DNA of 54,975 nt from an uncultured Flavipsychrobacter sp. (GTDB lineage: Bacteria; Bacteroidota; Bacteroidia; Chitinophagales; Chitinophagaceae). The position numbers and the translations under genes are program-made. This document shows, one piece after another, positions 37,296 to 46,039 of this stretch (positions within the stretch are counted from its first letter, which is position 1; every line of letters starts with the position of its first letter). The DNA is taken from NCBI GenBank assembly GCA_964478855.1, contig CAYZKL010000003.1, positions 19,686 through 74,660 on the forward strand, in the 5' to 3' direction. Below the pieces are notes generated by a model that was not told the origin of the DNA, made no database searches, and saw nothing but the letters and a program-made list of their open reading frames with translations.

Positions 37296-38157
37296 AAAAC
37301 TAAGGATTCTAAATGTATATCCAAATAAAGGATACACAACTTGTAATTTTAATTACATTTCGATTGAAAACCTGTTTTGGGGTCAGCTAAAAGACCATTT
37401 GATTTCATTTTCGTTTAATCAACTTTCATCCAATCTCCATTTTACAATTGCTTTTAATCAGAATAGCAATAAAATAAACCTTCATCTTACAAAGAATGTA
37501 AAAGATCCCCTTAATAAACCGAAAATCACTATTCTAAACATTACTAAAGAACTACTCATCAAAGTAGAACCTTATTTTTTAAATGCAATAGTTAAATCAT
37601 TTTTCGAACCTATAGATATTAATACTTTAGGGAACAAGACTGAAATAATATTCTTACCTTCTAAAAAAGCCAATAGCGGTAAAAAGTCAAAATTATTAAT
37701 GACTAAGTTGGTCGCTCACCTCGAACCAATTATAAGAATTAAAAGCCAAAGGTTAAAAGTAATTGGCAGTATAGAAAAGCAGCTTGAAATATTTTACAAA
37801 AATCAAGAGGACACTTTATTAAGATCAATTCAATTTACTAAAACTAACTTCCAAAATTCAAATTCAGCAGTTGCAAAGGCTGATGATGCAATTTTATTTT
37901 TATCAAAAATAAATGGGCGATGGTTTAAGTTAACAAATAAAAGTCTTCAAGAAATAATGGACTCCGTCCTTGGCGAAGATCTACATAAAATGATTAACTG
38001 TTCAATAAAAAGAGCCATTATAATATTGAAAACCGCAACAACGGAAAAAGAAACACACCATTTCAAAAGAACAATAACTATAGTCAGAAACCCAAATATC
38101 ACAAATGAAGTAAATCAACTTTGGAACTTCATAAAACCAATTTATGTCGAGCAATAA
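37282..38157 (+). CDS. Hypothetical protein
   Basis: 291-aa ORF overlapping the int stop; no motif recognised. Confidence 0.6.
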   Translation: MRINKKLRILNVYPNKGYTTCNFNYISIENLFWGQLKDHLISFSFNQLSSNLHFTIAFNQNSNKINLHLTKNVKDPLNKPKITILNITKELLIKVEPYFLNAIVKSFFEPIDINTLGNKTEIIFLPSKKANSGKKSKLLMTKLVAHLEPIIRIKSQRLKVIGSIEKQLEIFYKNQEDTLLRSIQFTKTNFQNSNSAVAKADDAILFLSKINGRWFKLTNKSLQEIMDSVLGEDLHKMINCSIKRAIIILKTATTEKETHHFKRTITIVRNPNITNEVNQLWNFIKPIYVEQ

Positions 38158-38380
38158 ACAATAAATATTAAAGTAGGTTTTTACTTTGAAAACAGTTTAA
38201 AGACTCTAATTAATAACATACAAAAGAGAAAGCTAAATAAATATCCGTACATTTGTTTCGGATTTAATTCCGAACCGTGCAGTGTATTCAACACATCCTT
38301 GTTAATGCTTATCGCTTTTAATTAACGGGCAAATCGCTTTATTTTTTCACACCTCAACCTTTGAGGAATAATAGAGCATT

Positions 38381-38683
38381 ATGATAGAGACATCAGGTAT
38401 TTTATTCTGTCCAGTTAGCCTTTCTTCTTTAGAAGAACTAATTGAGAAATCAGTGTCCAATGGCATTGCAAAACAATTAGCCATTTCACCTCCAATAGAA
38501 ATTTCAAAAGACCAAGAAAATCAATTTTTAACTAGGAGAGAGGCCGCAAAGTATCTTGGCATATCACTTGTAACTCTAAGTGATTGGAGCAAGTCCGGAG
38601 TAGTCACTGGATATAGGATTGCATCCAGAGTCCGTTATAAAAGAAACGAACTTGAGAATTCGCTAAAGAAAATGAAAGTTTAG
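38381..38683 (+). CDS. Excisionase-like HTH (HTH_17/MerR-like) protein
   Basis: FLTRREAAKYLGISLVTLSDWSKSG...YRIASRVRYKR.EL. Confidence 0.85.
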   Translation: MIETSGILFCPVSLSSLEELIEKSVSNGIAKQLAISPPIEISKDQENQFLTRREAAKYLGISLVTLSDWSKSGVVTGYRIASRVRYKRNELENSLKKMKV

Positions 38684-39068
38684 CCTGACCCTTAAGCAGG
38701 CTGCATTACAAACCTTCACAAAGGCATTATATCTCCTCAAATTTAGGCTTTACACTTCCAAAGCATGGAAGGGCCTGAGTTGAGAAATTTGGTTGGCAAT
38801 ACTAAGGTTAAACCTAATTATTAAAAATTCTCAAAGGATTAAGGCAGATAAGCAATTTGCAAAATTGCTCTTTATCTTATAAACAACGCAGTTGTTTATT
38901 AAGTTATAATATTTGTTCTATAGTATGTTTATCTTATTGTATAGTTAACCTATTGTATAGTTATATAAGATTTGGTCGAAAATGACAAAAATGAATTAAT
39001 CAGATCTGATGATATCAATTTAATCAATAATGAGGAAATTGATTTAGTCAATATTGACAAAATTGAAA

Positions 39069-39560
39069 ATGAGTAAAGAGTCTATAGTAGCAACAGATAG
39101 CAGAAAGGACAATAATTTTCTCAGAGTAAATAGAACTCTGAGGAAATTGTATGGTAATGACATCGCAAATTTAATTGCATCGCTAAAAGAGCATATTGAC
39201 AACTTAGAAGATAAAGAAGCCAAAGGCAACCTAATGGGGCGTATACGTGATGGTGGCTTTGTATATTTTGACAGGTTAAAATTAGCTGATAAAGAAGCAA
39301 TCAATGTAACTACTCTTGATAAATACATTAAGGTCCTTGTCGATGTCTTCAAACTATTTAAGAAAGAATTGCACGACACACCACCCAAAATTTACATAGC
39401 ATTAGACAGGGACGTGTATGCTGCATTATGTGATGGAACTTTAATCATCGAGTCCGAGCTCAATGATTATCAAAAAAATAAACGTGGGTTGAACAAGAAA
39501 AAAACAAAATGGGATAACCCTGATTTTCGAAAACAATTTGCAGCTAAAGGATCAAAGTAA
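39069..39560 (+). CDS. Phage replication-initiator-like winged-helix protein
   Basis: FLRVNRTLRKLYG..A.LI..L...DGGFVYF..KLA......TLDKYIKVL......PPKIYI resembles the N-terminal wHTH of phage replisome-organiser proteins. Confidence 0.5.
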   Translation: MSKESIVATDSRKDNNFLRVNRTLRKLYGNDIANLIASLKEHIDNLEDKEAKGNLMGRIRDGGFVYFDRLKLADKEAINVTTLDKYIKVLVDVFKLFKKELHDTPPKIYIALDRDVYAALCDGTLIIESELNDYQKNKRGLNKKKTKWDNPDFRKQFAAKGSK

Positions 39561-39700
39561 GTTTATTCAAAAATGAAGTGGTTTAAAGATATTCTCCAAT
39601 AATCCTCAAAATCACCAATGAATAAATTGATAGATAAGGAGTTACATATTTCAGGCATAAAAAAAGCGATTTTCAATATTAAGGATTAAGGTCAAATTCT

Positions 39701-40357
39701 ATGGCAAAAAGTGAAGAAACAGCTAACGTACTGAAAATTTATGATGGGTATACCCTATCAATCGATAGCATCATTAAAAATGCAAATAGGTCCAAAACCG
39801 GTCCGACAGAGTCTCAATTTCACTGGTCATCTCCAAATAAAGATTTTCAAATTACCATGGATCTTTATTTAAATGGATTTGAAAAGTGGATGCAGGTTTC
39901 TCACTACAAATACAATACAGATACGCAAATTGAAAGCTATTGCATTCTCATCACTTCGGTCAAAAGTAACTTGGGGAGGGGAGATATACTCTACTGGCTG
40001 TGTCCAATAACATTGACGAGGTGCAAAATACTCCACCTTATAGGCGATACAGGCCCATTTAGGCATAGATCTGCTTACAGTCAACACGTATACTACCCTA
40101 CACAACTTTTGTCTAAAAAAGATAGAAAGGATTATACCTGGCAGGTTATTGAAAAGAAGATAGTACCTGAACTCGAAAAGCAAGTTGTCAAATCGCATTA
40201 CAGAAACAAAGAGACAAAGTTGCTTGCTCGCATTTCAAACTTGAAGAAAAAGGCTTTCAATTACAAATACGAAGAGCTTTTCAAACTTGAATACAAACGT
40301 CCTACTCTTACTCAAATAAAAAGTAAGTTCCCTGAACTAAGAGGTCTCCGAGTATGA
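39701..40357 (+). CDS. Hypothetical protein typical of Bacteroidota islands, with a CP..RC motif
   Basis: SNLGRGDILYWLCPITLTRCKILHL, F.HR.AY...YY..Q, K.HYR.K.TK. Confidence 0.65.
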   Translation: MAKSEETANVLKIYDGYTLSIDSIIKNANRSKTGPTESQFHWSSPNKDFQITMDLYLNGFEKWMQVSHYKYNTDTQIESYCILITSVKSNLGRGDILYWLCPITLTRCKILHLIGDTGPFRHRSAYSQHVYYPTQLLSKKDRKDYTWQVIEKKIVPELEKQVVKSHYRNKETKLLARISNLKKKAFNYKYEELFKLEYKRPTLTQIKSKFPELRGLRV

Positions 40358-40383
40358 ATAAAACCAATAAAACATTGAGGTAA

Positions 40384-41676
40384 CTAACTTTTTTTTGAAC
40401 CTTGCAATGGCTTTCGAACATTTACAATTAAAATAGCAGATGATCTTTTCCCATTTATTATAGTTGCTATTTCAAATCTTGTCGTCTTTTGTAGTGGGGG
40501 AGTATCAATTGTGTCACAGGCTTTTACCTGAAATGATTTCTCATTGTAGTCCAATGATACGTGAGCAATATTTTTCACTCGCCAATATATCTTTGTTGAT
40601 TCACCGTAATTTATCATTCGTCGCAAAGCATCAAAACTTACAATTTGGGGAGGGTTAATTTTTATATTTAGTTTCGAAGATTTGCCCACAATTCCATTTG
40701 ACGTAGTTAGTAAAAAAGTTGTTGAAGAAAATATGGGACCAGTAAATCTTGAACCTGAAGCTGGATAATTCCCAGCAATTTGTCCACCAGTAATAGATAT
40801 TGACTTACCTCCAATAACACTCCAATAAATCTTACAACTGTCACCTAAATCAACAGAATTTGGTTGAGCATAAAAAGTATCTATTCTAAAGTTAGTTTTG
40901 TTCGTTACATCATTACCCTTTTGTGCTTTAGGTAAACTAATAGGTAAAGAATTTGAGTTGGATTGTTGAGGGTTCATTTGTTTAAAGGAATCATCACTTT
41001 TATCAATTGTAATTGTTTTTTTTAAAACATCATTTCCATTGGGTACCATATGTCCTTGATATCGAAAAACGAATGTAATAACAAGAAGAAGAATTGTCAA
41101 TGCATAAATTGCAAAAGTTAGTGGTGTAACTCGAATTCGAATTTGTGCTTTATCAAACAGAGGTCTGAATTTTTTTTTCAATAAATTATCATAAGTGAAT
41201 GTATTAATGTCCTGAATTTTTATAAAAAACTCACCAATATTCTCATGTATTTTCTTGTATTTTAGTTTGTTGTGAAATGTATGAGAGTTCTCATGCTCCG
41301 ATAATAATTTAATTGCTTCCTGGTATTTTGATTTCCAAAAATCATAATACACTTGTTGACTTTCACCAGTGAAAATGTCTGCATTAGGTAATAATACCGG
41401 CAAAATTCTTTCTTCAAATTCATGTGAATTAATTAGCTCTTCAACCTCATACATGCAATTTGGACTTTTCAAATATTGATCACTTATAATAACTATTACA
41501 AAATCACTTTTGCCTATCCTATGCATAAATTCTTTTATGCTCTTAGCATAACCAATATCTCTTCGATCTATAAGTAAATCAACATCGTAATTTTCAAATG
41601 CGCTGGCTATAACATCAGCTTCGACCTGATTGGAATGGCAATATGAAAGAAATATTTTTCGTCTTTTTTTAAACAT
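40384..41676 (-). CDS. TIR-domain protein with one TM helix and two Ig-like C-terminal repeats
   Basis: IFLSYCH, SDFVIVIISDQYLKSPNCMYEV (catalytic Glu position); TM LTFAIYALTILLLVITFVF; repeats IDTFYA..GDSCKIYWSV and IVSFDA..GESTKIYWRV. Confidence 0.85.
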   Translation of the reverse strand: MFKKRRKIFLSYCHSNQVEADVIASAFENYDVDLLIDRRDIGYAKSIKEFMHRIGKSDFVIVIISDQYLKSPNCMYEVEELINSHEFEERILPVLLPNADIFTGESQQVYYDFWKSKYQEAIKLLSEHENSHTFHNKLKYKKIHENIGEFFIKIQDINTFTYDNLLKKKFRPLFDKAQIRIRVTPLTFAIYALTILLLVITFVFRYQGHMVPNGNDVLKKTITIDKSDDSFKQMNPQQSNSNSLPISLPKAQKGNDVTNKTNFRIDTFYAQPNSVDLGDSCKIYWSVIGGKSISITGGQIAGNYPASGSRFTGPIFSSTTFLLTTSNGIVGKSSKLNIKINPPQIVSFDALRRMINYGESTKIYWRVKNIAHVSLDYNEKSFQVKACDTIDTPPLQKTTRFEIATIINGKRSSAILIVNVRKPLQGSKKS

Positions 41677-41826
41677 AATTACGATCAAGTATTTGAAAAT
41701 ATGGATATTATTTATAAATCCATAATGCCTTCTGATAATGCAATAGGAATTCTATCAATCTATATAAACTAATCCATAATTATATTAACGTTTTATTTCA
41801 TTTATATAGATTAATTTTGTTTCTAT

Positions 41827-42030
41827 ATGATACAAGACAGCGATTTTGATTTCATTACCAGGCTGACATTGAAAAAACGGAAGATCGCAAGGAGAATAGG
41901 AATTAAGCCGCCATTGGCTGATCGTAAACTGAGTGACGTTGAGTCTCTTTACCGATTCACTCAGATGCAAACTGAAAAAATGATAGAAGTCCTCGAACAG
42001 ATCGCAGAAGAACTAAATTCATTTTATTAA
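41827..42030 (+). CDS. Small hypothetical protein, first gene of the tail module
   Basis: 67 aa; TAATTTTG -7 motif at 41812-41819; 17 nt upstream of the next ORF. Confidence 0.5.
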   Translation: MIQDSDFDFITRLTLKKRKIARRIGIKPPLADRKLSDVESLYRFTQMQTEKMIEVLEQIAEELNSFY

Positions 42031-42047
42031 TTAAAAATCAGAAAAAT

Positions 42048-42476
42048 ATGAGTACAGCTACTATTACTATTGCCGGCAAAAATTATGAAGTAGGAAAACC
42101 AAATGTAGAAGAGCTTCAGCGCATTTTAGAATTGAAAGCATTCTTGATGTCCAAGGAGTGTGGTAATGCGGACCCTGGCCTTAAGGAAAATTTCGCAACC
42201 GCCATATCAACATTTGAGATAATGCTGCCACAGCTAAAAATTGATCACAAGGTGCCTTGGTTGGTAATGCTGCCACAGGCCATTATCCTTGAAATGGTAC
42301 TGACATATTTTAACGACTACCTGCCATTTATCAACGATGTGACAGTTGAAGTCGCAATTGCTGATGCCTTTGGAGCATTCAATAGGAGCGTGTCTATTAT
42401 GCAAAAAACTTTTGTAGATGTGCTTCAACAAATAAGCGTTATAGTCAGCACCAATCAGCTGGGCTACAAATCATAA
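42048..42476 (+). CDS. Putative phage tail assembly chaperone-like protein (paralog A)
   Basis: ITIAGKNYEVGKPNV beta-start; AISTF shared with the next ORF; upstream of the tape-measure-like gene. Confidence 0.55.
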   Translation: MSTATITIAGKNYEVGKPNVEELQRILELKAFLMSKECGNADPGLKENFATAISTFEIMLPQLKIDHKVPWLVMLPQAIILEMVLTYFNDYLPFINDVTVEVAIADAFGAFNRSVSIMQKTFVDVLQQISVIVSTNQLGYKS

Positions 42477-42485
42477 TATTAGTGA

Positions 42486-42899
42486 ATGATAAAAAATAAA
42501 GAAATGAAAAACACTACCGATGTAAAAATGTTTGACAGAGCATTCGCAGTACCATTCCCGACTACAGGTCAGTTTCTTGATATCCAGGTTATCAAGGCAA
42601 AATTGACAGAAGAGCGATACTCTTCTTTCATCTCCCTTCAAAGGGATGGATTATTGGCAACAGTCATATGTGATGCTATTTCCACATTCAGTGTCCTAAT
42701 TGGTGAAGAACTAAGGGCTGCTATGAATGTAAAGTCATTGCTGGATCTACCGTTAGTAAATATCTTTGAGTTAACCTATGCTTTCAAAGATCAGTATTCC
42801 CCGTACTACGAAGAAATAATGATGGTTATTTCCAACCCCAAACAGCACATAGAGAATACTACTACCAAAGATCAAAAAGTCACAAATGCTGTTGTATAA
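42486..42899 (+). CDS. Putative phage tail assembly chaperone-like protein (paralog B)
   Basis: FPTTGQFLDIQVIKA.L...Y, DAISTFSVL, VKSLLDL; canonical chaperone position. Confidence 0.6.
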   Translation: MIKNKEMKNTTDVKMFDRAFAVPFPTTGQFLDIQVIKAKLTEERYSSFISLQRDGLLATVICDAISTFSVLIGEELRAAMNVKSLLDLPLVNIFELTYAFKDQYSPYYEEIMMVISNPKQHIENTTTKDQKVTNAVV

Positions 42900-43228
42900 T
42901 GTCTTTTATACAACATTCAAGAAATCTGGTTATTGATTTCAATAATCGGTTTCCATTTGATAAAATATGGCGAGAAAAGCATGGTGTTGCGTTATTTTCT
43001 GAAAAGCACTTAAAAACGTCCCAAATTGACATTTATCTTGAATGGCTGGAAGGACAATTGTTTGAAGAGTTCAAAAAGCAAATTTCTGATGAACGTCTGA
43101 TGAACGAAGAAGTTAAGAAAGGCAAGTACATCAAAGAGGCTGTAGAGTCAAAAGAGCAAGCAGACAAATTATTTTCACAACTTAAAAAAATTGATTTTGG
43201 TCAAATTAATATAAACATGTCGGAATAG
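42899..43228 (+). CDS. Putative second-type tail chaperone (GT-position protein)
   Basis: FNNRFPFDKIWREKHGVALFSEKH; TAATG-coupled to the previous gene and immediately before the TMP-like gene. Confidence 0.55.
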   Translation: MSFIQHSRNLVIDFNNRFPFDKIWREKHGVALFSEKHLKTSQIDIYLEWLEGQLFEEFKKQISDERLMNEEVKKGKYIKEAVESKEQADKLFSQLKKIDFGQININMSE

Positions 43229-43229
43229 A

Positions 43230-45311
43230 ATGAGTCAAAACAATGTAGTCACGTTTAAAGTAGCAGGTAACGATCTTCTATCTTACTTTGACCAGGTTAA
43301 AAAAAGAAGCAATGATCTAACTAATTCCCTGATATCCGGTGCGAAGCTTGAGGAAGGTGCATCAAAAAACCAAATCAAGTTAATTGAGCAACAGATTGCA
43401 GCGATTGAAAGGAAAAACAGATTGCAAAACCAACTTTCCGGATTAATTGGTATCGGCAATGCAACCCAAAGAATCGGTAACATAGAAAAAAGGGATGCCA
43501 CTCTTGATGCACTGTTCCAAAGCACAGAACAGAAGTATAAGAATAAAGACATAACCAAGTCTGACTATGAATCTCGTCTGTCAAGGCTTTCATCTCTATC
43601 AAATCAAAATTCACCAGATGCAATAACTGGTCAATTCAAAGAGTATTTCACTAAACAAAAGGAACAAAACCAACTTTTACTCCTTCAGACCAAATTATCA
43701 AAGGAGCAAATAATTACAGCAAAGGACACTTCCAGGGAGAATGTTCAAGCAATTATGAAAGGTGATCGCTCACTTGAGGATGTTATTCTTAAAGCCAGCA
43801 CTCCAGCGGAAAAGTTATCTGCTGAGATGACCAGGGATAGATTAAGTGAATTGCAGGGTGAAAAGAAGAAGGAAGAAAGTAATAATAATGACGGTTTTAA
43901 GTCATTAATAGGAGGGTATCTTGGTGTCAGCACAATAACAAGCCTTTTGAGTAATGCAGCTACACTTGGTGGTACAAAATCTGGTTTTGATGTAATTGGT
44001 AAAGTAGAACAACTAAAAGGCAGCATTGCCGGTACAGTGATCGGGACCGTACTTGGAGCAGTAGGAGGTTCATTTATTGGTGGTGCCGGGGCATTCGCAG
44101 GTGCAGCAGCGGGAGCTTCAGCCGGTAATGCCATAGGATCAGCTTTTGGAAGCACAGAGGGGGAATTCATACAAAGAAGGGCAATTTCTATGCAGGACTA
44201 CCTTGCAACAAGAAATGCATATTCAGCAACAACCGGCTATAACCAGAAGGACATTGCGAATCGCAACATGGAGGACTACGGCCTATCCGACAAAACCTTC
44301 ATTGATCTCATCCGCTCCGTATCAAGAACTACCGGCACAAATAAAAATGCTGATAGAGAGGCATCTTCCCAATACTATCTTGAAAAGGGGTATGGTGTTG
44401 ACTCAGGAACAACTAATTCTGTCCTTGAGCTTCTTAGAAGCAGCAAAGAGGCAAATAGGAACGTAGGTGCATTGGTAGCCGGAATACTTCAAAAGGGACA
44501 GGGCAATATTTTCAAAAATGGTGACAATTCTTTCTTAAATGAATTCCTTACCAAATTCACCTCACTTCAAAAGTCACTTTTACAGACCAGCAGGACTATT
44601 GATTCCGGCACTGCATTTGGGTTACTGAAGCAATTTGATTCCATTGGTGGTTATTTTTCTGCAAGGGATAGTAGATCAATGCCACTCATTAACCAGATAA
44701 ACAGTTCCCTTATCAATCCCCAAAGTGAAGGAGCAAAGGGATTATCATTCCTATCCTTGCGACAAGCTAATCCGGACATGAGTAGCTATGATCTGAGAAA
44801 AGAGCAGCAGAAGGGTTTAGGATCTGATAAATATTTCAATGCAGTAGTTACTTCTCTTGATAGATTAGGTGGTGATGAGAATTACAAGAAATTTCAGTTT
44901 GCATCAATGCTTGGTCTTGGTAACAACCTGGAAGCTGCTGAGGACTTATATAAGAACAGGCATAGTAAAGGTTGGAAGGAAAGGCTTGGTGGAATTGAAG
45001 ATTTTTCAGCCGATATCAGCACCAGGGCCAAGGACAATACCACTTTGATCGAGAAAGAGACAGCAAAGCTAAACAATGCACTATTAAAAACAGTTACAGA
45101 TAATGTAACTGAAATGAAAGATGCATTTAGTGAAGCGATGAGAGAGGTCGCAAGTAACTTTGTTGTAACAGAGGGAGTAGACAGAAGACTAAGACTGACA
45201 AATACACCTATTCAAAGAAACGTTACTAAAACACCATCTAAAACACAAAGGGAAAATGGATTAACCGCTGATGATAGGCCAAATCCAAGAAGTGCAATGA
45301 ATAGACTCTAA
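43230..45311 (+). CDS. Tape-measure-like protein
   Basis: 693 aa; N-terminal VTFKVAGNDL then coiled coil; central Gly/Ala zipper GTVIGTVLGAVGGSFIGGAGAFAGAAAGASAG; helical remainder; synteny with chaperones. Confidence 0.7.
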   Translation: MSQNNVVTFKVAGNDLLSYFDQVKKRSNDLTNSLISGAKLEEGASKNQIKLIEQQIAAIERKNRLQNQLSGLIGIGNATQRIGNIEKRDATLDALFQSTEQKYKNKDITKSDYESRLSRLSSLSNQNSPDAITGQFKEYFTKQKEQNQLLLLQTKLSKEQIITAKDTSRENVQAIMKGDRSLEDVILKASTPAEKLSAEMTRDRLSELQGEKKKEESNNNDGFKSLIGGYLGVSTITSLLSNAATLGGTKSGFDVIGKVEQLKGSIAGTVIGTVLGAVGGSFIGGAGAFAGAAAGASAGNAIGSAFGSTEGEFIQRRAISMQDYLATRNAYSATTGYNQKDIANRNMEDYGLSDKTFIDLIRSVSRTTGTNKNADREASSQYYLEKGYGVDSGTTNSVLELLRSSKEANRNVGALVAGILQKGQGNIFKNGDNSFLNEFLTKFTSLQKSLLQTSRTIDSGTAFGLLKQFDSIGGYFSARDSRSMPLINQINSSLINPQSEGAKGLSFLSLRQANPDMSSYDLRKEQQKGLGSDKYFNAVVTSLDRLGGDENYKKFQFASMLGLGNNLEAAEDLYKNRHSKGWKERLGGIEDFSADISTRAKDNTTLIEKETAKLNNALLKTVTDNVTEMKDAFSEAMREVASNFVVTEGVDRRLRLTNTPIQRNVTKTPSKTQRENGLTADDRPNPRSAMNRL

Positions 45312-45323
45312 ACTAACTTTAGT

Positions 45324-45680
45324 CTATTGATCTGTATCAGTCTCCTTGTACCTTTTATATTTAAAAGGATGGCCAATTATCTTTTCTTGTAAGAAAAATT
45401 CACCCATCAATTTCAGAATTAATTTCAACTCATCAATGTTCTTTGGATCGTTGTTTATTAATTGGCCTGCTTGCAGCATTGCAACTCTATATCCTTCAAT
45501 TTTTACAAAAGGAATAGAGTTATCAGAATCTGTACACTTAGTTACAAACTCTTCGTATAAAAGTTGATTTTCAAAATGTACCGTCTTGCCTATGTAAAAA
45601 GGTGGTTTAGTATAAAGAACAAGCCCTGCTATCTGCAAGGCTTGGTTATTACATAGGAGAAAATCAGGAAGTTTTTTCAT
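45324..45680 (-). CDS. Hypothetical protein
   Basis: 118 aa, MKKLPDFLLCNN...VLYTKPPFYIG; ATGA overlap with the upstream ORF. Confidence 0.65.
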   Translation of the reverse strand: MKKLPDFLLCNNQALQIAGLVLYTKPPFYIGKTVHFENQLLYEEFVTKCTDSDNSIPFVKIEGYRVAMLQAGQLINNDPKNIDELKLILKLMGEFFLQEKIIGHPFKYKRYKETDTDQ

Positions 45681-45904
45681 GCAGTAAACTTCTCAGAATT
45701 TGACCGGTATATGAATTCTGATTTGTCAGAAAATGTCAGGAGAACAAAATCGAACTTGTACTTGCTTATTTGTTCCAAGTTGATTCTTTCTTGTGGTAAT
45801 GGAGTAGAGAAAACTTTGTATTGCATTATCTGTGACTCTTCATTACAGAATATTGCAGATTCTACTTTTCTGGTTTCTTTGTTGACTGTGGCTGGAGTGT
45901 TCAT
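45677..45904 (-). CDS. Small hypothetical protein
   Basis: 75 aa, translationally coupled to 45324-45680. Confidence 0.5.
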   Translation of the reverse strand: MNTPATVNKETRKVESAIFCNEESQIMQYKVFSTPLPQERINLEQISKYKFDFVLLTFSDKSEFIYRSNSEKFTA

Positions 45905-46039
45905 TTTGTTAGTGCAACTGATATAGCGTTATGCATCGCTTTGAGATGCAAAGAAAATACAAAAATTCAATTCAAACGAATAAATTATATTACAATATGA
46001 CGTAATATGTTTATATTTGTGATAATATAATTTGTCTGA

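Noticed and set aside
42400-42412. -1 programmed frameshift (G/GT type) at AAAAAAC in the first chaperone-like gene
   Set aside because: The in-frame codons are CAA AAA ACT, so the heptamer is not in X XXY YYZ phase, and the downstream ORFs have their own starts.
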